Positions 1-11,959 of a stretch of 64,000 bases of DNA are shown here, one piece after another. The DNA lies in the NCBI GenBank assembly GCA_963776245.1, contig CAVZLN010000006.1:64001-128000 (forward strand), given 5' to 3'. Source of the DNA: Candidatus Eiseniibacteriota bacterium (GTDB taxonomy: Bacteria; Eisenbacteria; RBG-16-71-46). Made by a program: the position numbers and the translations under genes. Position 1 is the first letter of the stretch; every line of letters begins with the position of its first letter. The notes under the pieces are model-generated. The model did not search any database. It saw only the letters and a program-made list of their open reading frames with translations, and was not told the DNA's origin.

Positions 1-965
1 CCGCCAGCGTCACGCCGCAGGCGGCGGTGCCCGCGGACGAGCGCTGGCACGTGGAGGCGAGCTACCGGCACTTCAACACCGGCGCGAGCTTCCGCTACAA
101 CGCGGCGTCGTTCTACGACCTGTTCGGCCCGACCAAGACCAGCCGCAAGGGCTACGCCCTGGGCCTCACCTACGGCGCCTCGCTGGTGCGCGACCATCCC
201 CGCACGCTCGACTTGGATCTCGCGACCACCGGGTACGCGGGGCTCGAGCGCCTGCCCGATTACCAGAACGTCGCGACCTCGCTCGGTTTCGACAAGATGA
301 TCTCGAGCAGCGTGGAGCTGGCCTACAAGAACACGCGCTCGTCGCTCGGTTCGGTGGACGCGGAGAAGGGCGATCTGTGGCGGCTCGAGGCGTCCGTGAA
401 CAGCGTGCGCTACGATCGCCCCGGGTACGCCACGTGGCGCAACTTCCCGCTGTTCGCGGGGGTGGCCGATCTCGGCACGCCGCTTCCCGTCGGACATTCC
501 TCGGTGTGGCTGAGGAACGCGGCGGGCTACTCTCCCGGCGATGCGGACGAGCCATTCGCGAACTTCTATTTCGGCGGCTTCGGCAATAACTGGGTGGACC
601 GGAACGATCCCAAGCGCTACCGCCAGTACGACAGCTTCCCCGGGATCCCGTTGAACGCGGCCGGAGGCACGCGCTTCGCGAAGAGCATGGTGGACCTGAA
701 CCTGCCGCCGCTGCGGTTCCGCCATCTCGGCACGCTGGACTTCTACGCCGCGTGGGCACGCCTGTCGGTGTTCGGGGGCGCGCTCGTCACCGATACCGGC
801 CGGGACGCCACGCGACGCACCCTCGGGAACGCCGGCGCGCAGGCGGATGTCCGCCTGTCCCTGATGATCCAGCAGCCCCTCACGTTCTCGTTCGGCTACG
901 CCCGCGCGTTCGAGCGGCGGCAGCTTCCCACCGGAGAGTGGATGGCGTCCCTCAAGATCCTCTGA
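1..965 (+). CDS. C-terminal part of a large outer-membrane beta-barrel-like protein (5' truncated by window)
   Basis: Open frame to TGA 965. Aromatic-rich amphipathic beta-strand pattern (YFGGFGNNW, LTFSFGYARAF). Stop overlaps the next ATG (TGATG). Confidence 0.55.
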   Translation, partial: ASVTPQAAVPADERWHVEASYRHFNTGASFRYNAASFYDLFGPTKTSRKGYALGLTYGASLVRDHPRTLDLDLATTGYAGLERLPDYQNVATSLGFDKMISSSVELAYKNTRSSLGSVDAEKGDLWRLEASVNSVRYDRPGYATWRNFPLFAGVADLGTPLPVGHSSVWLRNAAGYSPGDADEPFANFYFGGFGNNWVDRNDPKRYRQYDSFPGIPLNAAGGTRFAKSMVDLNLPPLRFRHLGTLDFYAAWARLSVFGGALVTDTGRDATRRTLGNAGAQADVRLSLMIQQPLTFSFGYARAFERRQLPTGEWMASLKIL

Positions 966-1975
966 TGATCGTCCTCAGCCTGCTGGTGGGCCTGGTGCCC
1001 GTGCTGCTGTTCCTCGCCGCGCTCATGGTGATGGACAGCTACCAGCTCGTCACCCGCCGGTCGGTGGCACGCTCGCTCGCGATCGGCGCGCTGGCGGCGC
1101 TCGCCGCCCTGCTCGCGAACCGGGCGGCGGTGGCGGTGCTGCACCTCGACCCGCTGACGCTCAAGCGGTACGGGGCGCCGTTGATCGAGGAGGTGCTCAA
1201 GGTGGCGTTCGTGGTGTGGCTCATCCGGGCCGAGAAGGTGGGCTTCATGGTGGACGCCGGGGTCCACGGCTTCGCCCTCGGCACCGGGTTCGCGCTGGTC
1301 GAGAACGTGTACTACGCCGGCGCGCTGCGGGACTTCGGTCCGCTGCTCTGGATCGTGCGCGGACTGGGCACCGCGGTGATGCACGGCTCCACCACCGCCA
1401 TCGCCGCGATCCTCACCAAGAGCCTCGCCGACCGCCACGATTCGCACGCGATCCGCTGGGCCGCGCCAGGGCTGGCGCTGGCGTTCGCGGCGCACTCGTT
1501 CTTCAACCATCTCACCGTCCATCCCCTGACACTCACCGCGCTGCTGCTCGTCACCATGCCCCTGCTGCTGCTGGTGGTGTTCGAGCGCAGCGAGCAGGCC
1601 ACGCGCCGCTGGCTCGGCGCCGGGCTCGACGCCGACCTCGGCACGCTCGAGCTGGTGCTGAGCGGCGAGGTGCACGAGAGCCGCGTCGGCCGGTACCTCG
1701 AGTCGCTCAAGACGCGCTTCGCGCCCGCCGTGGTGGCGGACATGCTGTGCCTGCTCCGCGTCCACCTCGAGCTGGCGCTGAGCGCCAAGGGCATCCTGAT
1801 GGCGCGCGCGGCGGGCATCGAGATCCCGCTGGACGAGCACGTCCGCGCCAACCTCGAGGAACTGCGCTACCTCGGGAAGTCGGTCGGTCCCACCGGCCGC
1901 CTGGCGCTCATGCCCTTCCTGCGCTCCAGCCGCCGCGACCTCTGGCAGATCCATCTGCTGGGGTCGAGGCGATAG
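965..1975 (+). CDS. PrsW-family intramembrane glutamic/metalloprotease with soluble C-terminal extension
   Basis: Multi-TM protein with PrsW motifs APLIEEVLK, GFALVEN, MHG and HSFFN. ATG at 965. Confidence 0.85.
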   Translation: MIVLSLLVGLVPVLLFLAALMVMDSYQLVTRRSVARSLAIGALAALAALLANRAAVAVLHLDPLTLKRYGAPLIEEVLKVAFVVWLIRAEKVGFMVDAGVHGFALGTGFALVENVYYAGALRDFGPLLWIVRGLGTAVMHGSTTAIAAILTKSLADRHDSHAIRWAAPGLALAFAAHSFFNHLTVHPLTLTALLLVTMPLLLLVVFERSEQATRRWLGAGLDADLGTLELVLSGEVHESRVGRYLESLKTRFAPAVVADMLCLLRVHLELALSAKGILMARAAGIEIPLDEHVRANLEELRYLGKSVGPTGRLALMPFLRSSRRDLWQIHLLGSRR

Positions 1976-2020
1976 CCGGCGCGCCCGCTCCAGCCTCCGC
2001 CGCGCGGCGCGGCGGGCGCC

Positions 2021-2410
2021 TCAGCCCGCGCGCCGGCTCATCATCACCAGCGCCGCGCCGGTGAAATAGGCCGCGACCCAGTACGCATAGGCCAGGCGCG
2101 AGTAGAGGTGCAGCCCGCTCCCGAGCGGCGCCTCCCCCGCGCGCCGCGCATGGCGCCACAGGAGCAGCGTGTCGGTGGCCATCGCGGCGAGCGCCGAGTA
2201 GCCCAGGATCCCGTGCAGGCTGACGCCCTCGCGCCGGGTGGCGAGGATCATGAGCAGCGTGGCGGTGACATCGAAGGCCACGGCCACCGTGAAGAAGCCG
2301 CGCACCCCGCGGGTGGCGCGGCGGGCACGGACCTCCTTCACGGCGCCGGCGGTGTAGAGCGCCAGCGCCGCGGTCACGGTGGTCACCGCCGCCAATCGCA
2401 ACGGGGTCAT
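2021..2410 (-). CDS. Small 4-TM membrane protein, HsmA-like (TIGR03987-type)
   Basis: 129 aa. Pattern ALALYT..., FDVTATLLM, SLHGILG, LHLYS...W resembles the HsmA heme-binding membrane family. Confidence 0.6.
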   Translation of the reverse strand: MTPLRLAAVTTVTAALALYTAGAVKEVRARRATRGVRGFFTVAVAFDVTATLLMILATRREGVSLHGILGYSALAAMATDTLLLWRHARRAGEAPLGSGLHLYSRLAYAYWVAAYFTGAALVMMSRRAG

Positions 2411-2447
2411 GTCGGTTCCTTTCGTCGCGGGCGCGCGAGCGCCCGCG

Positions 2448-4262
2448 TCACTCCCAGCCGATCGTGCGGCCCCGGTTCTGCCGCTCGAGCCATGCCATCA
2501 GGGGTTGGAAGTACTCGACCATCGCGCGCGTCGAGAGCTCCTCACCGGTGGCTTCGCGGAGCACCACGCGCCAGTCGCGGGTCGCCCCCTGCTCCATGAT
2601 CCCGCGCAGGAAGTCGCCGACCTCCCGGTTGTCCGCGTACGAGCACGCGTGGGGATCCTGCTTCAGGATCTTCCGTGCGATGTGGTCGTGGAGCTGGAAC
2701 TTGAGCACCGTCGCGATGGCGTACGAGTAGTAGTAGCAGGGCGTGTCGTTGATGTGGGTCTTGGTCGCCGGGTCGCAGAACTCCTCGCCGCGCGGCGCGG
2801 GCGGCTCGATGCCCTGGAACTCGCCGACGTAGCGCCACCAGCGCGCGTTCCACTGGTCGGCCGGCAGGCCCCGCGCGTACACGTCCGCCTCCCAGTGTGT
2901 CATCACGCCCGAGGACCAGTACAGGAAGGGCACCGACTCGAGCGCGTCCTGCAGCAGGTGCCGCGTCTGCTCGTCCTTCGGGGTCTTGCCGGGCGGGAGC
3001 AGCCCCATCGAGACCAGGTAGGGCTGCTGGCCCGAGGCGAGCGAGATCAGCTCGCCGATGCCCTCGTGGAACGACGGGTTGGCGCCGTCCCGCAGCAGCG
3101 GCGGGACCTCGGGCCGCGTGTACGCCATGAAGTAGTAGCCATGCCCGAGCTCGTGGTGCGCGGTGTGCCACCACCACTCGTCGGGCTGCACGCTCATCAG
3201 CGAGCGGATGTCGCGATCGAGGTCGATGTGCCAGCACGAGGCGTGCGCGTTCTTCTTCCGCGCCGCGTCCGCGGCCAGCGGGTAGAGGTCGCTGCGCTCC
3301 CAGAACGTGGCCGGCAGCGGCGCGAATCCGAGCCCGGTGTAGAAGCGCTCGGCGCTCTTCACCACGAACTCGGCCGACTTGTCGCGGAACGCCGCGTCGA
3401 GGCTCGACGAGGGTGTCATCGCCTGCCACTCCTGGCCCCAGCGGTTGGGCAGCCAGTGCGCCGGGATGCGCTTCGGGACCGGCTGGTGGTAGCGCTTCGC
3501 CAGTTCGTAGCGCGCCCAGGTGTGGAGCTGGAGATAGAGCGGCCGCAGTTCGCGCATGAAGTCCTGGTTCAGTCTCAGCATCTCGTCGGTGGTCATGTCG
3601 TACTTGGCCACCTGGAGCGAGAAGTAGTCGGGGTATCCGAGCTCCCGCGCGACGCCGTTGCGCAGGCCCTGGAGCTTCTCCAGTCCCGGCCGCAGTTCGG
3701 GCCCCATGCGCTTGGAGGCCTCCCACATCGCGAGGCGCTTCGACACGTCGGTGAGCGTCACCAGGCTGTCGTCGATGGCGTTCGCGGTGATGGGCTGGCC
3801 ATCCAGGCGGTAGGTGTAGCCGTTCATCGCCGAGGCCTGCGCGGTCTCCGCGTCGATGCGCGCGCGCACCAGGTCCGGCGCCGTCATCGGCCCCTCGGCG
3901 GCATTCAGGAGCACGCGCCTGAGCTCCCGCACGCTGAGCGGGTCGAGCTCGGCGGCGTGCTCGAGCAGGGCCCGCGCCTCGGTGATGAGCTCCGGATTGC
4001 CGTTGAACGCGGCCTGCGCCTTGGTGGCGGTGGCCGACGCGGCATCGTGCACCGGGCTGACGTCGGTGGCCGCGTCCCACTGGGCTCGGCTGTTCACGGC
4101 GTAGAGCGCCTGGTACGCGGCGTTGACCAGCGCGAGGAAGCGGTCGGCGCGTTCCTGGTACGCGCCGCGGGCCGGCTCGGCGGTGACCGCGGGCGCGGCA
4201 CGGAGCGCGGCGGCGAGGCTCACGACGAGCGCGAGCCAGAGAGGAAGGCGGGTGCGGGACAT
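2448..4262 (-). CDS. Secreted M2-family metallopeptidase (peptidyl-dipeptidase A / ACE-like)
   Basis: Signal peptide MSRTRLPLWLALVV... HHELGH zinc motif, GANPSFHEGIGE, DPATKTHI. Confidence 0.9.
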   Translation of the reverse strand: MSRTRLPLWLALVVSLAAALRAAPAVTAEPARGAYQERADRFLALVNAAYQALYAVNSRAQWDAATDVSPVHDAASATATKAQAAFNGNPELITEARALLEHAAELDPLSVRELRRVLLNAAEGPMTAPDLVRARIDAETAQASAMNGYTYRLDGQPITANAIDDSLVTLTDVSKRLAMWEASKRMGPELRPGLEKLQGLRNGVARELGYPDYFSLQVAKYDMTTDEMLRLNQDFMRELRPLYLQLHTWARYELAKRYHQPVPKRIPAHWLPNRWGQEWQAMTPSSSLDAAFRDKSAEFVVKSAERFYTGLGFAPLPATFWERSDLYPLAADAARKKNAHASCWHIDLDRDIRSLMSVQPDEWWWHTAHHELGHGYYFMAYTRPEVPPLLRDGANPSFHEGIGELISLASGQQPYLVSMGLLPPGKTPKDEQTRHLLQDALESVPFLYWSSGVMTHWEADVYARGLPADQWNARWWRYVGEFQGIEPPAPRGEEFCDPATKTHINDTPCYYYSYAIATVLKFQLHDHIARKILKQDPHACSYADNREVGDFLRGIMEQGATRDWRVVLREATGEELSTRAMVEYFQPLMAWLERQNRGRTIGWE

Positions 4263-4510
4263 CGGGTTCCTCCGATTGCAGGTCGCGGATGCCGGCGGCA
4301 GATCGGCGGGCACGGGCCCGCCGGCCGGCGCAGGCTAGCAGACAGCCCACCTCATCCGAAGCACCCTCGGAGGGGATCCGCCACCCTCCCGCTCGCGGCG
4401 GAAAGCGCGGCATCGCGGCCGACGGGTCGCGCGCTGGCATCCCGCGGCACCCCCGCGTAGGCTGGGCGGGCACGGAGCCGGGTGGTCGGCCCACGGGAAG
4501 GAGTCGCCTG

Positions 4511-4885
4511 ATGTTCTGTCCACGCTGTCGTACCGAGTACGTCGAAGGCGTCGGCCGCTGCGACGCGTGCGATCTCGACCTGGTGGAGGCTCTGGAGCCG
4601 CTGCCGACCGAGGAGCCCGCATGGGTCGACCTCGTCACGGTGCTCGAGACCCTCGATCCCACGCGCGCCTCGGTGGTCCGCGCGCTGCTCGAGGCGGAGG
4701 AGATCCCCTGCGCCGTGGCCGACGAGCGGACGCGTCACGCCCTCGGCCTGATCGGAGGCGAGGGCCCGCTCGGGCTCTGGCGCATCCAGGTGCCCGCCGA
4801 GCTCGCGGACGCCGCGCGCGCGCTCATCGCCGACCGCGGGGCCGAGCTGGCCGAGGGCGGCGAGCCGCCCGAAGCCTCCGTCTGA
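4511..4885 (+). CDS. DUF2007-like protein with N-terminal zinc ribbon
   Basis: MFCPRCRTEY...CDACDLDLV, followed by VVRALLEAEEIPC...IQVP...ARALI. Confidence 0.75.
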   Translation: MFCPRCRTEYVEGVGRCDACDLDLVEALEPLPTEEPAWVDLVTVLETLDPTRASVVRALLEAEEIPCAVADERTRHALGLIGGEGPLGLWRIQVPAELADAARALIADRGAELAEGGEPPEASV

Positions 4886-5063
4886 GCGTCTCCCGCACCG
4901 CTCTCGTCCCGCGCTTCCCCGCGTCCGTCGCCGCGCGCGCCGCTCGTCCCGCGCCCGGGGGCGCCTGGTGCTACCATGCGCGGCCGTCGCATCCGGTCCA
5001 CCCTCGTGTCCCTTCGGCGCTCGCGCGTCCCACGTCCACTCGGAAGAGTAGGAAGGCTCCCGC

Positions 5064-6989
5064 ATGAAGATCGCACGGTCGCACCTCGCCCTCGCCCTCG
5101 CCGCGGCACTGCTGGTGGCCGCCGCGCCCGCGCCTGCCCTGGAGCGCTCGGAGGTGGCGGAGAAGTACACCTGGGATCTCCGGGATCTGTACCCGTCGGT
5201 GGAAGCGTGGCAGACCGCCAAGGCGGATCTCGAGAAGCGCATCCCCGAGCTGTCGAAGTACCAGGGCCGGATGGGCGAGTCGCCGGGGGTGTTCTTCGAC
5301 GCCCTCGAGGCCCGCATGGGAGTCCAGAAGGAGCTCGAGCGGCTCAACGTCTACTCGAGCATGTCGAGCGATCAGGACAAGCGCGTCAGCCGGTCGCTCG
5401 AGATGAACCAGCAGGCCCAGCAGATGTTCGTGGACTACGGCGCCGCCATCGCGTACCAGCAGCCCGAGATCCTCAAGCTGGGCAGCGAGAAGGTGCGCGG
5501 CTTCCTCGCGGCGGACCCGCGCCTCGCGGTCTACCGCGTGTTCCTCGAGGACATCCTGCGCTGGGAGCCCCATACGCTGAGTCCGGCCGAGGAGCGCCTG
5601 CTCGCCAAGACCGGCGCGATGGCCGGGGCGGGCGGCGCGCTGCACGACGTGTTCACGAACGCCGACCTGCCCTACCCCAGCGTGACGCTCTCGGACGGCC
5701 AGACCGTGCGCCTCGACGCGCAGGGCTACACCCGGTACCGGGCCTCGACCAACCGCGACGACCGCATGAAGGTGTTCGACGCCTTCTGGACGCGCTACCG
5801 CGAGTTCGAGCAGACGCTGGGCAGCATGCTCTACGCGCAGCTCCAGGCCCACGTGTTCACGAAGGAGACGCGCAATTTCAGCTCGTGCATGGAGTCCGCG
5901 CTGTTCGGCCCGAACGTGCCTCCGGTGGTCTACACCCAGCTCATCCACGACGTGCACGCCAATCTGCCGACCCTTCACCGCTACCTCAAGCTGCGCCAGC
6001 GCATGATGGGGGTGGACACGCTGCGCTACGAGGATCTCTACGCGCCGGTGGTGAAGAAGGTGGATCTGCGCTACACCAAGGAAGAGGCGATGGAGATGAC
6101 GCTCGCGGCCGTCGCCCCGCTCGGACCGACCTACGTCGCCACCCTGAAGAAGGGCTTCGAGAGCCGCTGGGTGGACTGGGAGCCGACCACGGGCAAGCGC
6201 TCGGGGGCGTACAGCACCGGCGCGTACGGGGTGCACCCGTACCAGCTCCAGAACTTCACCGGCCTGTACGACGAGGTGTCGACGGTGGCCCACGAGTCCG
6301 GCCACTCGATCCACACCTACCTGTCGTTCGAGAAGCAGCCGTACGTGAACTCGGGTTACCCGACGTTCGTGGCCGAGGTGGCTTCGACCTGCAACGAGGC
6401 GCTGCTGCTCGACTACATGCTGAAGCGCACCCAGGACCCGGACGTGCGCCTGTTCCTGCTCGGCACCCGGCTCGACGGCCTGCGCACCACGCTGTTCCGC
6501 CAGACGCTGTTCGCCGAGTTCGAGCTCCGGATCCACGAGATGGCGGAGAAGGGCGAGGCGCTCTCGGGCGAGGCGATGAGCAGGCTCTACCTCGACCTGC
6601 TGCGCGAGTACTACGGCGACGCGCAGGCGGTGTGCCGCATCAACCCGCGCTATGCCATCGAGTGGGCCTACATCCCGCACTTCTACTACAACTTCTACGT
6701 CTACTCGTACTCGACCAGCATCGTCGCCTCGTCGTCCATCGCGAACTCGATCCTGGCCGAGGCCGCGGCCAAGAAGCCGTCCACCAAGGCGCGCGACGCG
6801 TACCTCGACATGCTGTCCTCGGGCTCCTCGAAGTATCCGATCGATCTGCTCAAGGGCGCCGGCGTGGACATGACGACCTCGGCGCCGTTCAACTCGGCGA
6901 TCTCCGAGATGAATCGCGTCATGGACGAGATGGAGCAGGTCCTCGCGACGCGTGATGCGCCGGGGAAGAAAGCGGTGAAGAAGAAGTAG
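5064..6989 (+). CDS. pepF: Oligoendopeptidase F (M3B) with signal peptide
   Basis: KYTWDL, GKRSGAYS, HPY, AHESGHSIH, FVAEVAST, IPHFYYNFYVY. Confidence 0.9.
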   Translation: MKIARSHLALALAAALLVAAAPAPALERSEVAEKYTWDLRDLYPSVEAWQTAKADLEKRIPELSKYQGRMGESPGVFFDALEARMGVQKELERLNVYSSMSSDQDKRVSRSLEMNQQAQQMFVDYGAAIAYQQPEILKLGSEKVRGFLAADPRLAVYRVFLEDILRWEPHTLSPAEERLLAKTGAMAGAGGALHDVFTNADLPYPSVTLSDGQTVRLDAQGYTRYRASTNRDDRMKVFDAFWTRYREFEQTLGSMLYAQLQAHVFTKETRNFSSCMESALFGPNVPPVVYTQLIHDVHANLPTLHRYLKLRQRMMGVDTLRYEDLYAPVVKKVDLRYTKEEAMEMTLAAVAPLGPTYVATLKKGFESRWVDWEPTTGKRSGAYSTGAYGVHPYQLQNFTGLYDEVSTVAHESGHSIHTYLSFEKQPYVNSGYPTFVAEVASTCNEALLLDYMLKRTQDPDVRLFLLGTRLDGLRTTLFRQTLFAEFELRIHEMAEKGEALSGEAMSRLYLDLLREYYGDAQAVCRINPRYAIEWAYIPHFYYNFYVYSYSTSIVASSSIANSILAEAAAKKPSTKARDAYLDMLSSGSSKYPIDLLKGAGVDMTTSAPFNSAISEMNRVMDEMEQVLATRDAPGKKAVKKK

Positions 6990-7111
6990 CGCGGACCCTC
7001 ATCGCGCCCCGCTCCGGCCGCGGCACGCCACCCGTGTCGCGGCCGGACGCTTTCCGGCCGCGCGCATGGCGCGATCGGGCGCGGGTCGCCGCGCGGAGCG
7101 GCGGGCACCCT

Positions 7112-7432
7112 TCAGCGTCCGCCGAGATCCAGCACGTCGAGTTCCCAGCGCAGGCCACGCTTGTGGTCGTAGCCCACCACCTGGTGCGGATCGGTGATGA
7201 TCTCCTCCTCGAGGATCAGGACGATCCGGGGCCCGCTCGGGAGCAGCAGGTAGGCCCGCTCCCCGTCGAAGCGCACCTCGGCATTGCGGAAGATGCCGTA
7301 GTCGTTCGTCGACGCGTGGCAGTGCCAGGTGCGCCGGTCGATATCGCGGCCGCGGTAGGTGGCCGCGGGCGCGGGCGTCGCGGGGATCGCGAGCAGGACG
7401 ATCAGGGCAAGGGCGATGGCGGCGCGGGTCAT
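7112..7432 (-). CDS. Hypothetical secreted protein (~106 aa)
   Basis: GGAGG RBS before ATG 7432. Hydrophobic signal peptide ending APA-A. Host-like codon usage. Confidence 0.6.
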   Translation of the reverse strand: MTRAAIALALIVLLAIPATPAPAATYRGRDIDRRTWHCHASTNDYGIFRNAEVRFDGERAYLLLPSGPRIVLILEEEIITDPHQVVGYDHKRGLRWELDVLDLGGR

Positions 7433-7565
7433 GGGCCTCCAGACCTCCCGGTGGGACGAGGAGCGCGCCCGGTCGACGCCCGACAAGCGTACCAGTCGGC
7501 CGGTCCGGCCCCAAGGCCGCACCGCCCGGCCGGTGCGCCCCGGCGCCGCGGACCGGCCACCGCCC

Positions 7566-8107
7566 CTACCCGGTCGGGCGCAGCGCGCGCACCTGCGCCG
7601 CGCACCCGGGGCACAGGCTGACGCGCTTGAGATCGATCTCCTCGACGTAGGTCGAGGACCGCATCACGCATTCGAACTGCCGGCAGTGGTAGAGCCCGAA
7701 CTGATGACCCAGCTCGTGCACGATCTCCTTCTCGATGCGGCCCTGGAACGCCTCCGCGTCGGGCGGCAGGCCGTAGAACTCGTTCGCCAGCCGGTGGGTG
7801 GACACCACGCCCGCCACGCCGCCGAGCTGCGCCTGGCCGAACACGAACGTGAGCACCGGGATGAAGAGGTCCACGTCCACGACCGCGATCACCTTCTCGG
7901 GCCCGCCGGCGCCGAAGGCGATGACCTGGTGGAGCAACGCGGTGGCGTTGTGCTGGCGGCGACCGGGGTCGAACACGCGGTCGAGATCGAGGGCCCGCGC
8001 GAGCCGCCGCGCGGGCACGCCGAACTCCGCGGTCACGCGCGCGACCACGCCGTCGCGCTCGCCCACCCGCTGGCGCGAGGCGTCCAGGATGCAGACGCCC
8101 CCGGGCA

Positions 8108-8108
<1 letters not shown>
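7566..8108 (-). CDS. Archaemetzincin-family (M54) zinc metalloprotease
   Basis: VDLFIPVLTFVFGQAQL, KEIVHELGHQFGLYHC...CVMRSS...LCPGC. GTG start overlaps the regulator's TAG. Confidence 0.85.
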
Positions 8109-9443
<1,335 letters not shown>

Positions 9444-9451
<8 letters not shown>

Positions 9452-11093
9452 GTGCGCCTCGTGTTCCGGAGGAAGGACCGCTCCCCGGGCTGGCCGGCCG
9501 CGCGTCGGCGCGGTCGGGCGGGGGGAAGACCAGGGTGAACGTCGTCCCCCGGCCGGGCTCGGACACCACGTCGATGGTGGCGCTGTGGCGCTGGGCGATG
9601 CCGTAGACGACCGACAGGCCCAGCCCCACACCCTGGCCCTGGGGCTTGGTGGTGAAGAACGGCTCGAACACGTGGGGGAGATCCTCGGCCGCGATGCCCA
9701 CGCCGCTGTCGTGGACCTCCAGGCGCACCGCGCCGGAGGCCTCCCGGCTGGCCGCGACGCGCACCCGGCCCCCGTCGGGCATGGCGTCGGCCGCGTTGAC
9801 CAGCAGCGCCACCAACGCCTGCTGGAGCTGGCCCTCGTCGCCGAGGACGCTCACGTCGGGCGGCTCGCACGCGGTCTCGACCTCGACGCGCGCCATCTGG
9901 AGGTGGTGCGCCACCAGCATCACCGCGCGCTCGATCGCCTCGCGCACGCCGGCGCGGTGGAACTCGCCGTCCTGCTTGCGTGAGAACAGCAGCAGGTTCC
10001 GCACGATGTTCCCGCAGCGCTCGGTCTCGCGCACGATCATGTCGAGGTCGGCGAGCAGCGTGCGCGAGAACGCGGCGTCGGGCAGTTCGCGGCGCACGCG
10101 CTTCGCCTGGAGCTTGGCGTACGTCAGGATCCCGGAGAGCGGGTTGTTGAGCTCGTGGGCGACCGAGGCCGCGAGCGTGCCGAGCGAGGCCATCTTCTCG
10201 ACCTGGAGGATCTGCCGGTCCATGCGCTGCAGCTCCTCGGTCTTCGCGCGCACGCGGTCCTCGAGCGTGTGCGACCAGCGCCGGTTCTCCTCCTGCGCCT
10301 CGCGCAGGGAGCGCGTCATGGTGTTGAACGAGGTGGCGAGCAGCCCGAGGTCGTCGTCGCTCCCGACCCGGATCACGTGGTCGAGGTCCCCGCGGGCGAG
10401 CGCCTCGGTGCCGGCGGTGAGCGCCCGGATCGGCCGGCGCACGGTGAAGCGCAGGAAGAACGCCGAGGCCACCGCCACCGCCAGGAACCCCGCCACCGCC
10501 CAGGCCGCCGTGCGGCGCTGCGCGGTCGCGATCGCCTCGTCCACGGTCTTCAGCGACATCTGGACGTCGAACACCCCGAGCACCGTCCGCTGGGCGGGCG
10601 CCAGGTGGCAGCCGCCCGAGGAGCACGCGGGCTGATTGCGCACCGGGTGGATGACGCCGACCACGCGGTGCCCGTCGTGATCCCGGTAGACGCGCGCGCG
10701 GTTCGCCGACGGCAGCCGCTCGAGCGGGCGGGCGCTGTCGTGACAGGCCACGCACGCCTCGGCGTGCAGGTCCACCATGCGCCCCTGCTCGGTGGAATCG
10801 GTCGAGAAGGTGATCTGCCCGCGCTTGTTGTAGATCCGGATGCTCATCACGCCGGGCTGCGTCCCGAGCGTGCGCGCCATCTGGTAGACGTCCTGCTTCC
10901 GGTTCAGCAGCATGCTGTACTGCGTGCTGGCGGCGATGAAGTCGCTGATCCGGCTGGCGCTGGCGATGGCCTGGGAGGTCAGTTCGACCGTGTAGAAGTG
11001 GATCGCGAAGGTCGCGAACAGGCCGAACGCGAGCAGCAGCAGGAAGAGCGTGCCCGCGAGGACTCGGAAACTGACGGTGCGCAGGACGCGCAT
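9444..11093 (-). CDS. Membrane sensor histidine kinase with periplasmic c-type heme motifs and HAMP domain
   Basis: Two TM helices flank a domain containing CVACH and CSSGGCH. HAMP, AHELNNPL and FEPFFTTK...GVGLGL follow. Confidence 0.92.
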
Positions 11094-11180
11094 GGCAGGA
11101 CCCCACAGTACCCATGGGGGATCGGTGATGACATTCTCACCACTCCCCGCGCGGCGCAAACACGCGCCCGCCCGGGGTCC

Positions 11181-11942
11181 TCAGCCGTACACCCGGCACA
11201 GCAGGTCGAAGTAGCGCGTGGCGCCCAGCATCTGCGCCACGCTGTCGAGCGGCGCCCCGCCGTCGGCGAGCGCCGCGCCCACCCCCGCGCCGGGCTCGCC
11301 CAGCGCCCGGGCGATCCCGGCCTGGAAACGGCGGTGATCGGCGGTGTAGCCCGGCTCCGCGGCCGGCGCCTCGAGCAGGGCCGCCAGCCGGAGCGCATCG
11401 CCGGTCACCTCGACCTCGTACAGCCAGCCCTCCTCGAGCGGCGCGCTCGCCACCGTCGAAGGGCGCTCCGCGAGCCGGGGATTGACCGCGCGCACGGTGC
11501 CCTCGACGGGCGCCGGGAGCGCGAAGGTGCCGCCGTCGGTCACGATCCAGAGGTGCGCCTGACCGCGCCGCACGGTCTCGCCCACCGCCGGCGGCACCAC
11601 CGCCCGCGGCACCAGCAGGGCCACCGCCAGCCCCGGCTCGATCCCCACGCGATGAAGGGTGGCCGCGTCCCCCGCCGCCCGTTCGCGCCGCACCCAGCAG
11701 TGGCCCCGGCTGTAGCCGCGGTCCCCCGCCAGTTCGGTCCGTCCCCGCGCCGGCGCGGCGCTCGTCCCGGCCGCCTCGCCGCGCGCGAAGTGCATGCGCA
11801 TCGCGGTGTCGAGCGGGCAGCGCTCGCATTCGAAGCGGCGCTCGCAGAGCTGGTAGGACAGGATGCCCGCGGTCATCCACACGCACTTGAAGTCGCCCGG
11901 TGGGACGATCCGGCAGGCGGGGTCCGGCCGCGTGTCCGGCAT
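11181..11942 (-). CDS. GcvH-like protein with N-terminal Cys cluster and no lipoyl Lys
   Basis: CVWMTAG...C...CERC, then an H-protein fold (YSRGHCWV, APVEGTVRAVN, PLEEGWLY). Confidence 0.75.
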   Translation of the reverse strand: MPDTRPDPACRIVPPGDFKCVWMTAGILSYQLCERRFECERCPLDTAMRMHFARGEAAGTSAAPARGRTELAGDRGYSRGHCWVRRERAAGDAATLHRVGIEPGLAVALLVPRAVVPPAVGETVRRGQAHLWIVTDGGTFALPAPVEGTVRAVNPRLAERPSTVASAPLEEGWLYEVEVTGDALRLAALLEAPAAEPGYTADHRRFQAGIARALGEPGAGVGAALADGGAPLDSVAQMLGATRYFDLLCRVYG

Positions 11943-11959
11943 GGCTGCCTCCCTCCGCC

